Origin: Syntrophorhabdaceae bacterium
Lineage (GTDB): Bacteria; Desulfobacterota; Syntrophorhabdia; Syntrophorhabdales; Syntrophorhabdaceae
Assembly: GCA_963665295.1 (NCBI GenBank)
Contig: OY762209.1
Span: forward strand, 512,001 to 576,000
Reading direction: 5' to 3'
Length of the DNA: 64,000 bases
Below, one piece after another: positions 19,400 to 28,218 of this stretch. Positions within the stretch are counted from its first letter, which is position 1, and each line of letters begins with the position of its first letter. The notes beneath the pieces are model-generated. The model had not been told where the DNA came from. It saw nothing but the letters and a program-made list of their open reading frames with translations, and searched no databases. A program made the translations under genes and the position numbers.

Positions 19400-19812
19400 C
19401 GGATCAGCAAATCAACCTTTTTCGATCCAAGCAGTCGGACGATTGGGCCACCCCCAAGTGGCTCTACGACCAACTTGACGCGGAATTCCATTTTGACCTC
19501 GACCCTTGTCCCCTCAACCCTACCTTTGACGGGCTTAAAATCCCCTGGTGCGGAAACGTGTATGTAAACCCTCCGTACAGCAGGGTCCGCGAATTTCTCG
19601 CCAAAGCCCACGAGGAACTTAGGGCCGGACGAGCCCGGACGGTCGTGTTCCTGGTGTTCGCGAACACTGATACGGATTGGTTTCACACCTATGTCTACCA
19701 TCAGGCTGAGATTCGATTCCTTAGAGGCCGGATCAAATTTGTGGCCCCGGGCAAGAACAACTCCGCCATGCGGCCAAGCATGCTCGTTATCTTCAGAAAC
19801 AGAATCTCCTAA
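19396..19812 (+). CDS. Phage-type DNA N6-adenine methyltransferase (Dam, PF05869-like), short
   Basis: DDWATP...FDLDPC...DGL..PW..VYVNPPYS...TDTDWF...IRFLRGRIKF. TTGA overlap with the GNAT stop. Confidence 0.88.
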   Translation: MTDQQINLFRSKQSDDWATPKWLYDQLDAEFHFDLDPCPLNPTFDGLKIPWCGNVYVNPPYSRVREFLAKAHEELRAGRARTVVFLVFANTDTDWFHTYVYHQAEIRFLRGRIKFVAPGKNNSAMRPSMLVIFRNRIS

Positions 19813-19961
19813 TCACCGAAAAGAACATTCCCAAAACACGGCTGACGAAACATTTTTTGAAAGGTCGTATGACACCGAGGATCATTGTGTTCCATCGTGA
19901 TATTCACGCCCAGACCGTCCCTGTGGGACAATCTAATCATAAACAGACAGAGGAGGTGCCC

Positions 19962-20531
19962 ATGGAGATTTCAAGAAATGCTTATCCGTACCAGACACTG
20001 GCGATTTTCATCGACTACCACAACTTCGAGGCTTCTTTGAGGGACGAGGGCCTGCAGGTAGACCTCTTGCCCTTGAGGGAGTACCTGGCCGGAGGCAGGC
20101 AACTGCTGGAGACATTCGTGTTTGTCGGCTTCAACCCCAACAACGCTCACGAAGACGGACAGCTCCATCGGTTCTTGCGAGTGAACGGTTTTCTCGTACG
20201 GACTAAGCTGGCCAAGGTAAGGCCTGATGGTTCCTTGAAATGTGATCTCGATATCGAGATGGCTTTGTCTGTGGTCGATTACGTGACTCGGAACAGACTG
20301 GACACCGTGCTCCTCGTGACTGGCGACGGGGACTTCTCTCCCCTTGCCTCGTGGCTCCGGATGAGAGGCGTCCGGGTAGAAGTGGCTTCGCTAGAACGCA
20401 GTATGTCCCATGAGCTTAAGGAGTCGGCAAACGGCTACATTGACCTCCGTGAAGCCATCGAAGAAATCGAGGCAGGACGGGGAGAACTCATAAGAGAGGA
20501 GGTGAGAACCTATGGCAACGGCAATTATTAA
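19962..20531 (+). CDS. NYN (LabA/DUF88, PIN-like) domain protein
   Basis: IFIDYHN, KCDLDIEMA, LVTGDGDF.PL, GVRVEV, S.ELKESA..YIDL; AGGAGG RBS before ATG 19962. Confidence 0.9.
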   Translation: MEISRNAYPYQTLAIFIDYHNFEASLRDEGLQVDLLPLREYLAGGRQLLETFVFVGFNPNNAHEDGQLHRFLRVNGFLVRTKLAKVRPDGSLKCDLDIEMALSVVDYVTRNRLDTVLLVTGDGDFSPLASWLRMRGVRVEVASLERSMSHELKESANGYIDLREAIEEIEAGRGELIREEVRTYGNGNY

Positions 20532-20718
20532 TGGACGGCGGGTTGACATTCCCTCCACGGCAACGGATGACGATATTCGTCAGGCCGGAGGAATTCGTCC
20601 CGAGAGGACCCTCATCAAACGGGAGAGGCACGGGAACTTCGTGATCCAGCGCGGGTCAAGGACGAATGTCAAAGAAGGTGATGTGTTTGTTGATTCACCG
20701 AAAAGGATCAAGGGTTAA
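20512..20718 (+). CDS. Putative ubiquitin-like (beta-grasp) protein ending in Gly
   Basis: 68 aa; IINGRRVDI...VKEGDVFV pattern; C-terminus RIKG; GGAGG RBS; sits immediately before the E2 and E1 genes. Confidence 0.75.
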   Translation: MATAIINGRRVDIPSTATDDDIRQAGGIRPERTLIKRERHGNFVIQRGSRTNVKEGDVFVDSPKRIKG

Positions 20719-20770
20719 ATCACAACGGAGGGCCGGGCAACCCTGGCCCTCCCCTTAAAGGAGGAGACGT

Positions 20771-21298
20771 ATGGCAGAATTTTTGAATTCGTTGTTCAGA
20801 GGATTATTCGGCAGTCCGTCTGAAGCACCCCGGCAGGACACTGCGTTACCCGGAAGACATCCGGTCCGTTCCATCCGGAACGAAAGGCTTCTCAATGAGA
20901 TCATGATGATCGCCCCGAGATTCAGCCAGAACGGAGGGGTGTACTACGACGAGCACAACTTCGACTGGATCATGATTCCCAAGTACGCCCTGCCGGAACG
21001 GTGGGAGGAGAGATGGTGTAAGCTCCTTATTATACCCCCCGCAGGCTATCCGAGCATGCCTCCTATCGGCTTTTATCTCAACCAAAAATTTCACCTCAAA
21101 ACGGGTGGCCACGACCCTCACAACACCAGCACCGCTTACCATGGGGCACCCGACCTTCTGCATAGTGGCTGGCACTGGTACTGCGTTACCGTGGCAGACG
21201 GGCCGGGCGGCTGGCAGCCATCGGTCGATTACCGCGAAAAGGACAATCTCTGGACGTTTCTTAATATGGCCAGAGAAACCCTTACCAACGACTTTTGA
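20771..21298 (+). CDS. Prokaryotic E2/UBC-like protein
   Basis: YALPERW...LLIIPPAGYPSMPPIGFYL...GWHWYCV...W.P...DNLWTFL. Confidence 0.8.
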   Translation: MAEFLNSLFRGLFGSPSEAPRQDTALPGRHPVRSIRNERLLNEIMMIAPRFSQNGGVYYDEHNFDWIMIPKYALPERWEERWCKLLIIPPAGYPSMPPIGFYLNQKFHLKTGGHDPHNTSTAYHGAPDLLHSGWHWYCVTVADGPGGWQPSVDYREKDNLWTFLNMARETLTNDF

Positions 21299-21309
21299 AG
21301 GAGGCACAA

Positions 21310-22809
21310 ATGAAATACAGGATCATTCTCACCAAAGGCATGGCGGAGGAGTTGAAGAAGCACCTCCTTACAGACCGACGCAAGGAACAGATGGCTGTCA
21401 CCTTGTGCGGAGTGAACCGCCTCAAGAACGAAACCAGATTACTCGCCAGACACCTCATACTCTTTCCACCCGAGGCGTTCCAAACCCAGTCTTCGGCCTA
21501 CCTCGAACTGGACCAGGGGGTCCAGCGTCAGATTCTTGGATTGGCCGCAGCGGAAGGGCTGTCGCAGATTGATTGGCACAGTCACCCCGGCGACACATCG
21601 TGCATCGGCTTTTCCGGCGTTGACAACCACAATGAAAGTAAGCTCGCGGCCTACCTTCACGAAAAGATCCCCGGTACACTCTACGGGTCCGTGGTAGTGA
21701 ACCGGAACGTCTTCGACGCCAGGATTTGGCAGGTCGAAAAAGAAAGTATCCAGACAAGACCCGTAGAATCGGTTCGGTGGGGGGACTTCAACGATGCAAG
21801 CCCTGTCTCTTCCAGAGGCGCCAGGCCCGAGGCAATCGAGGAACAGTACTCCCGGCAGGTAGCCGCTTTCGGAAGCGTCTTGCAGACGAGGTTGAGGAAA
21901 TGCAAAATCGGGGTCATCGGGGTTGGCGGTTTGGGAGCGGTCGTTGTAGAAATGCTGTCAAGACTTGGCTCTGACACCTGGATGCTTGTGGACGACGATG
22001 TCGTCGAAATCAGCAACCTTAACCGCCTTCCCGGATCGTCCCGCAGAGACGCCTATTACCGGACTTTAAAGGTCAATGTCGCTCAAAGGAATATCACGAA
22101 AGCCAATCCTTACGCCGCCATTACGGTTTTGCCTTTAAGTGTCACAAATGAGAGGGTCGTCCAGTCCCTCAAGTCTTGCGACCTTTTGGTTGTAGCCACA
22201 GACAACAACAGCAGCCGTCTTATCGCCAATCGCCTCGCCGTGCAATATCTCATTCCCCTTATTCACATCGGCGTCAACATCGACGTGGACGATAACAGGA
22301 CCATAACCGACATGAGCGGAGAGTACGTGTTTCCGCCTCTAGGCGAGTGGTGCCTTCACTGCGCCGGGATCATTGATGGTCAGATGGCCGGATGGGAATT
22401 GGCGGATGAAGGGTTGAGGAGTGTGCTTCGGGAGCGGGGATATGTGAAAGACACACCGGCCCCGGCGGTCTATCATCTGAACACCGTGATGGCCGCCCTC
22501 GCGGTGGCGGAGATACACAACTTTGTCTCCTCTTACAAGCCCGTCCGGCGTTACCTTACCTACGATGAACTCAAAGGAGAGCTTCTGCCTCTTGAAGTCT
22601 CGAATGAACTTCGCTGCCCGGTGTGCGACAACGAAGAGGGATATCTCGGCCTTGGGGACCTAGAGCCCTTGCCGGATTATACGGGGAGGACAAGAACGAT
22701 GCCAAGTACCGATGCGTTTGACGGAGACGGAGAGATGCGCATTTTGCCGGTCAACAATCCCGACAATTCCAACGAAGTTGAGCTTGTGGTCAAAGAGGAG
22801 ACCTTGTGA
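21310..22809 (+). CDS. JAB/MPN peptidase - ThiF/E1 adenylyltransferase fusion
   Basis: N-terminal E...HSHP...FSGVD (JAMM). C-terminal GVGGLG, DDDVVEISNLNR, ATDN, and CLHC/CPVC Zn sites. Confidence 0.9.
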   Translation: MKYRIILTKGMAEELKKHLLTDRRKEQMAVTLCGVNRLKNETRLLARHLILFPPEAFQTQSSAYLELDQGVQRQILGLAAAEGLSQIDWHSHPGDTSCIGFSGVDNHNESKLAAYLHEKIPGTLYGSVVVNRNVFDARIWQVEKESIQTRPVESVRWGDFNDASPVSSRGARPEAIEEQYSRQVAAFGSVLQTRLRKCKIGVIGVGGLGAVVVEMLSRLGSDTWMLVDDDVVEISNLNRLPGSSRRDAYYRTLKVNVAQRNITKANPYAAITVLPLSVTNERVVQSLKSCDLLVVATDNNSSRLIANRLAVQYLIPLIHIGVNIDVDDNRTITDMSGEYVFPPLGEWCLHCAGIIDGQMAGWELADEGLRSVLRERGYVKDTPAPAVYHLNTVMAALAVAEIHNFVSSYKPVRRYLTYDELKGELLPLEVSNELRCPVCDNEEGYLGLGDLEPLPDYTGRTRTMPSTDAFDGDGEMRILPVNNPDNSNEVELVVKEETL

Positions 22810-24302
22810 TATTCGAGATGCTCGAAAACGCTGTCATCAGAGGTCTCAATTCTCTCACCTCGCCTAAGCGGGTGAAGAAATCGAGGGAGCCCTCCCGGAT
22901 ACTCATCGGGAGGGCCGCCCACCCTTATCATCCGGAACACTGGGAAGAAATATCGCTCGACGTCGAAAACCTTCTCCGTCACCTGTACTGCTTGGGCGGT
23001 ACGGGCATGGGTAAGACGAAACTGCTGGAGTTTATTATCCAACGTATAATCCTCGCCCACCACGGTTTTGCCCTTATCGATCCGCACGGCGATCTTACGG
23101 AGAACATCATCAATTTTCTCTGTCACAACAAGACTCAATTCGAGATAGACGAATTGGGAGAGCGGGTCATCCTCATTGAACCCTTCGACCGGGAATGGGC
23201 CATCGGATTCAACCCCTTGGACTCGGATGAACCATTCGCCGCGTCTCTCGGTCTCGTGGATATCTTCCGCCAATTTTGGGGCGACAGTTATCGGGGACCG
23301 AGGATGGACGAGCTTCTCAGGAACAGTCTCGCGACCCTCTCTGAGAACAAGCTGACCCTTCTTGAGACAAGACCTTTACTCACCCATCCAGAATTCAGAG
23401 CAAGGCTCGTTAAGAACGTGTCCTTCGGCGAAGTGCGGGATTACTGGAATCATCGGTATAATCCTCTTTCGGAAAAAATGCAGGCCATGTACCGGGAACC
23501 CGTGCTCAACAAAATCACCGCATTCATAACGGACCCGACCATTTACCGAATTCTATGCCAGACAGAAAGCACGGTGAATTTCCGTCGGGCCATGGATCAA
23601 GGGAAATGGATTCTCCTCAATCTCAGCAAAGGACATCTGGGCGAGAACGTGAGGCTTCTCGGTACCCTGTTTCTTTCCAAGCTCAAACAAGCCGCGTTCT
23701 CCAGAATCGATATACCGGAAGAGAGCAGACGTCCGTTCTTCGTCTTTGCCGACGAATTTCAGAGCTTCATGGGGGATGCGGGGACAATTGAAACAGTACT
23801 CTCAGAAAGCAGAAAATTCCGTTTGGCCATTTTTATGGCAAATCAGAATTTGGGGCAGATACCTGCGCAGCTGCGATCAGCCATTTTAGGGAATGTTGGA
23901 GTGGAAATTTTCTTCCGTCTCTCCAACCAGGACAGCGTTTTAGTCTCTTCGGAAATGAGCCACGGCGACAAGCATCTCATCGAAAAGCGGCTGATCGATT
24001 TCAAGGTTGGAGAAGCGTATCTCAAGGTCAAGGGCCAGAAAGCGCGGCTCTTTAAGACTATCCATGTGCCTTCGCTCAGAGTTCCGGAAAGAATGATTGA
24101 ACCACTGAGGGTAGCCTCTTTCCGGAACTGGGCCGCGCCGGTCAGCAAAGTGGAGGAAGAGATCGCGGAGCGGAGAGGAATGTGGGAAGAGAGCGGGATA
24201 GACAACGATTGCTCCCCAAGGGAAACGCAAGGGGCAATTGTAAGGACCGATGATGTTCTTCCTGTCCGCGACTCCTTCGAGGAAGGACAAAGTGAATGGT
24301 GA
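22806..24302 (+). CDS. VirD4/TraD/HerA-like coupling ATPase
   Basis: Walker A GGTGMGKT, IDPHGD, Walker B FFVFADEFQ, ESRKF...NQ...ILGNVG..IFFR. GTGA overlap with the E1 stop. Confidence 0.85.
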   Translation: MIFEMLENAVIRGLNSLTSPKRVKKSREPSRILIGRAAHPYHPEHWEEISLDVENLLRHLYCLGGTGMGKTKLLEFIIQRIILAHHGFALIDPHGDLTENIINFLCHNKTQFEIDELGERVILIEPFDREWAIGFNPLDSDEPFAASLGLVDIFRQFWGDSYRGPRMDELLRNSLATLSENKLTLLETRPLLTHPEFRARLVKNVSFGEVRDYWNHRYNPLSEKMQAMYREPVLNKITAFITDPTIYRILCQTESTVNFRRAMDQGKWILLNLSKGHLGENVRLLGTLFLSKLKQAAFSRIDIPEESRRPFFVFADEFQSFMGDAGTIETVLSESRKFRLAIFMANQNLGQIPAQLRSAILGNVGVEIFFRLSNQDSVLVSSEMSHGDKHLIEKRLIDFKVGEAYLKVKGQKARLFKTIHVPSLRVPERMIEPLRVASFRNWAAPVSKVEEEIAERRGMWEESGIDNDCSPRETQGAIVRTDDVLPVRDSFEEGQSEW

Positions 24303-25155
24303 GACCAGAACCAGTAAGTGGCAGAGGACCAAAAATCCGAAGCCCATCTTTCTTCAGGAAAGAGATCAGGAGATAGTCGCCAGGGTCTATGACTTTGGCT
24401 TCCTCACCAGGCAACAAATACAGCGCCTCATTGATTTCAACTGTACAACCAGGGCCAACATACGACTCCGGAAGCTTTTTGATCACGGTTACCTTTTAAG
24501 GCGATTTCTTCCGGTAGTAAAAGGATCATCTCAGGCTCTGTACTTCCTGGGTCCCAAGGGCATAGACCTTGTCTCGGAAAGAACGGGAATCGATGCGGCT
24601 TTAATCAAGAAAAGGCAGGGGAACCATTACGAGCGCAAGGAGTTGTTCCTTGACCATGATCTTCTTCTCAATGATGTGAGGATCGGCGTCTATGATGCTT
24701 TGAAGAAATCTCCCGGCACGGAACTTGACCATTGGGTGAATTACACCGATTGTCTTCAGGAGTGGAATGTCCTCAATCCGAAATCGGGCCGCCAAAACAA
24801 AGTGGCCCTCAGACCTGACGGATATTTCCGCTACTTCTCTGCAGACAAGCTCTTCGGATGTTTTGTGGAGGTGGACAGATCCACTATGAGCAACAGCCGG
24901 TTTCAGTCCAAGGTGAAGCTGTATCTTGAATATATCCGCTCGGGACTCTATCCGGCAAAATTCGGGCTCCAATTCTTCCGGGTTTTGGTAGTGACTGAAA
25001 CAAGGCAGCGCCTTCTTAATCTCAAGTCAGCCACTGAGCAACTCACCGACAAGGTATTCTGGTTCGCGCTGGCCAACAACCTCGTGGAGGGAAATGTCTT
25101 CGAGTCCATCTGGGCGAGACCGGGCAAACCGGGAACCTTCAGTCTGCTGGAGTGA
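24292..25155 (+). CDS. Replication-relaxation family protein
   Basis: LQERD...FLTRQQI...RLRKL...HDL...RPDG...FVEVDRST...KVKLY...FRVLVVT. Probable GTG start at 24292. Confidence 0.85.
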   Translation: MNGETRTSKWQRTKNPKPIFLQERDQEIVARVYDFGFLTRQQIQRLIDFNCTTRANIRLRKLFDHGYLLRRFLPVVKGSSQALYFLGPKGIDLVSERTGIDAALIKKRQGNHYERKELFLDHDLLLNDVRIGVYDALKKSPGTELDHWVNYTDCLQEWNVLNPKSGRQNKVALRPDGYFRYFSADKLFGCFVEVDRSTMSNSRFQSKVKLYLEYIRSGLYPAKFGLQFFRVLVVTETRQRLLNLKSATEQLTDKVFWFALANNLVEGNVFESIWARPGKPGTFSLLE

Positions 25156-25158
25156 GTC

Positions 25159-25617
25159 GTGAGATATTGCCCCCGCTGCCATCACTTCAATCCGGGCAAT
25201 CTCCCGATCTGCCATTTCTGCGGAGCCACCTGGTATGTAAGGCTCTGCCCGAGAGGTCATGAGAATCCCCCAAGCGCCCAATATTGCGGGACATGCGGAT
25301 CAACGGATTTGAGTGAGACGGCGGGCCGCCGACCATGGCTTTTGATTGCCTTTAAATTATTCCTGTGGCTCCTCGTCGGTCTCTTCGTTTACTCACTAGT
25401 CTTTGGCGCTGGCCCCATTTCAGGCAGTCAAATCTTTGCCTATATCTTCTCTCTCGCCTTTCCCCTCTGCCTCCTCCTTGTTGGCCTCTGGCTTCTGCTC
25501 TCGCTTCTGCCGAAGTCTGTAGGGCAGTCAGTTCGCAAGCTGATGAGGCATGTGCTGAGGCTGGCTGGCTTGGCAGCATGGGGTTTGTTGAAGCTGATAT
25601 GGAGGATATTGAAATGA
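25159..25617 (+). CDS. Double zinc-ribbon membrane protein
   Basis: CPRC, CHFC, CPRGH, CGTC followed by hydrophobic helices. Confidence 0.8.
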   Translation: MRYCPRCHHFNPGNLPICHFCGATWYVRLCPRGHENPPSAQYCGTCGSTDLSETAGRRPWLLIAFKLFLWLLVGLFVYSLVFGAGPISGSQIFAYIFSLAFPLCLLLVGLWLLLSLLPKSVGQSVRKLMRHVLRLAGLAAWGLLKLIWRILK

Positions 25618-25693
25618 CAATGAGTCGGGAGCGCGGCTCTGGTCCTTCGGGGTCCCAAGTCCTTGATTTGAATTATAAATCGGTCGAAACCCA

Positions 25694-25745
25694 TAGTGCA
25701 GTCGGAAAACCACCCGTTGCACTATCCGTTGCACTACCTGCACTA
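25694..25745. repeat. TGCACTA motif cluster (3 direct, 1 inverted)
   Basis: tagtgca at 25694; tgcacta at 25718, 25730 and 25739; upstream of the xis-int genes. Confidence 0.65.
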
Positions 25746-25842
25746 TCCCGCACAGGATGGCATTGCCGGGAACGGCAACAATGCCCGTCTTTGCGGGCGG
25801 GCTGCGCCCGGCTACTATGGAAGAAAGGAAAGGAGGAGGATC

Positions 25843-26196
25843 ATGGAATTCTTGACGGTTGACGAGATTGCACGGATGCTCAAAGCGAGTCGCGAGTTCG
25901 TTTACAAAAACAGGAGCCTCTTCGGAGGCATCAAAGTGGGAAGGCTCGTGAGATTTCCAAAAATAATTTTTGAGAAGATAATCGAGGAGGTGATAGGAAG
26001 TGGTGGAGAAACACGGCAACAAGTGGAGGTACGATTTTCTGAAGGACGGGACGAGGTACAGAGCGGGAGGATTCAGGAGCAAAGCCGAAGCTATCGAAGC
26101 CGAGGCAAGAGCAAGAGCAGGAGCAAAATCGATAAATACGGACTTGCTAAAGCTTATGAACTCAAGGCTGGAGGATATCCAGATTCGGAGGACTAA
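25843..26196 (+). CDS. Excisionase-like HTH protein
   Basis: AGGAGG RBS; MEFLTVDEIARMLK.S...VY...IKVGRLVRF. Overlaps the integrase start. Confidence 0.8.
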   Translation: MEFLTVDEIARMLKASREFVYKNRSLFGGIKVGRLVRFPKIIFEKIIEEVIGSGGETRQQVEVRFSEGRDEVQSGRIQEQSRSYRSRGKSKSRSKIDKYGLAKAYELKAGGYPDSED

Positions 26197-26344
26197 ACTC
26201 CATTTCTGGGAAAACAACAAACTATTCAAAGAACTGATGCAGCGTTGGGGGAACCTCCCCAAGATAACCACAGATGATGTGGAAAAATATCTTAACGAAA
26301 TAGCCAAGAAGTCTAAGCCTATGGCAAACAAATATCTTAGACTA

Positions 26345-28019
26345 GTCTCCATCCGGAAACCCCCATTTTCGAGCAAGCCCCCGGTCTATTGCCAGGGTGG
26401 GCGCTCAGCCGTCCGGTGATTCCGTCATCCCTTTTCGGATTTCACTCCATCGGGCCCGTTTTCCCCAGAGTCAGGGCGTAGCTCACCCTTGTCCCCTTGA
26501 GAAAATAGTCTTCTCTCATCATGAGGCCATCCTGATGCGGGCGATGACGAGAAGATTGTAGGAGACGATACTGGAGAGCACGTACCGGGCAAACCCTTCC
26601 CATCCTGTCCACGTCGCCCGGTCAAGGCCGAAGGACCGTTTCAATGTGGAGATGCCTGCTTCAATGCCCGCCCGGAAGTTCCTGAGCTTCTTGTAGACCC
26701 AGGTGCTCTTTGCCATGTCGAGGATGGAGAGCCCCCTCTTTCTGGCGAAGACGGCATCCTTGATATGGTTCTCCTTCGCATAGGCGAGGTTCTCTTTTGA
26801 GGCAAAGCCCCCGTCGGCCGTCACTTGGCGAGGCATCTTCCCGTACCACTCCTTATGCTGCTCAAGGAGGGATTGATACTGGTCGGTATCAGCGGGGTTG
26901 CCCGGGACGATGAGACACCCGATGATCATGGTGGAGCGTCCTCCTGTAAGGAACACCTTATGGCCGTACTCGGTATCCCTCCTCCCCTTCACGATGATGT
27001 CCGTGTGGTCCTCGAAGAAAGAGACGATCTTCTCGGAGGCGGGGACCTTCTCGTTCTTGAAGACTCTCCGGTCGGTCTGGTCGATGACCTTCCCGAGTAT
27101 GCCCACGGCGCGTTCAAGTCTCCGGGCAAGCTCGCGGGCAGCGAAGGTGTCCATGAGATTATCGCCCTCGTAGGGGATGAGTTCGGTGATCGCCTCTTCG
27201 GCATATCCCTTCACGAGATTCGCATAGTGGAGGAGGTCCTTGTAGGCGCTCTTCCGTGTTCTGTCGTTCTTTGCATTGAGGATCGTCATGAGCTTCTTCT
27301 TGGCTACTCTCCTATGGTCACTGTAGGCATACCGGGGCACGGGAGCAAGCTCCTTCCCTTCGGTGAGTAACCGGGTAATGACGCGGATGCCGTCCACGAT
27401 GAGCGATGAGTCGGTGGGGTGGTGGATGTTGGTCTCCACCGTGGTGGAGTCTACTCTTACCACGCGGCCGGATTCTATCTTCTCCTTTACCGCGTAGCGG
27501 TTTACTTCCTGAATGATCGCCTCCCAGGTTTCTTCCCGTATCGCCTTTATGTTCTCCTGAAGGACCGATTTGGAGGGGTACTGTCCCATCTCCAATCTCG
27601 CGAAACTGCGGAGTGCGTCGGAGTCTTCCATGTGGAAGGCAAGCTCTTCATACGTCAGTTGGCGGTACTGCTTGAGTATGGCGATCCGGAGCACCTGTTC
27701 CGCGGTGAGCCCCTCTCTTCCCGTGTCGGTGCGACAGAAGGAGGTCATATCCCCGAAGACCAGATCCAGAAGGCGGGGATTGGCGTCTATGACCTTTGAC
27801 ATCTCCTGAAGCTCCTTTACAATAGAATGGCGCATCATGGGGGAGAAGAGACCTGTCTGGGGGTTGAATTTCTGGCGCATTCCGGAATCCTTTCTGAAGG
27901 CGTTAGGTAATGATATTGCCTTGTTACAACCATATTGTACCTCAGATGAGGGGCGAAACTCCAGGGGAATGTGGGGATTTGGGCAAATATTTCATGGGGT
28001 TAGGTTTCCGGATGGAGAC
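26345..28019 (-). mobile_element. Insertion sequence (ISNCY/IS5-like DDE), 1,675 bp
   Basis: Perfect 17 bp TIR gtctccatccggaaacc. 7 bp duplication tagacta at 26338-26344 and 28020-28026. Confidence 0.92.
26519..27880 (-). CDS. DDE transposase
   Basis: VRVDSTTVETNIHHPTDS, VTADGGF, RAGIEAGISTLKR. Confidence 0.92.
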   Translation of the reverse strand: MRQKFNPQTGLFSPMMRHSIVKELQEMSKVIDANPRLLDLVFGDMTSFCRTDTGREGLTAEQVLRIAILKQYRQLTYEELAFHMEDSDALRSFARLEMGQYPSKSVLQENIKAIREETWEAIIQEVNRYAVKEKIESGRVVRVDSTTVETNIHHPTDSSLIVDGIRVITRLLTEGKELAPVPRYAYSDHRRVAKKKLMTILNAKNDRTRKSAYKDLLHYANLVKGYAEEAITELIPYEGDNLMDTFAARELARRLERAVGILGKVIDQTDRRVFKNEKVPASEKIVSFFEDHTDIIVKGRRDTEYGHKVFLTGGRSTMIIGCLIVPGNPADTDQYQSLLEQHKEWYGKMPRQVTADGGFASKENLAYAKENHIKDAVFARKRGLSILDMAKSTWVYKKLRNFRAGIEAGISTLKRSFGLDRATWTGWEGFARYVLSSIVSYNLLVIARIRMAS

Positions 28020-28218
28020 TAGACTAATCAAGGCACTCTTTAATCACGGGATAAAGAGAAACTGGTTCATATTTAACCCATGCCACGGCATAGCGCCTTT
28101 CGGTATCGAGAAAAGAAAGAAGTATATCCCAACTTTTGAGGACATCGAGAAAGTAATCTCTCTTGCCAAAGAGGAACAGAGGAACTATCTCCTGGTGGTG
28201 GCTCTTACAATGGCTAGA

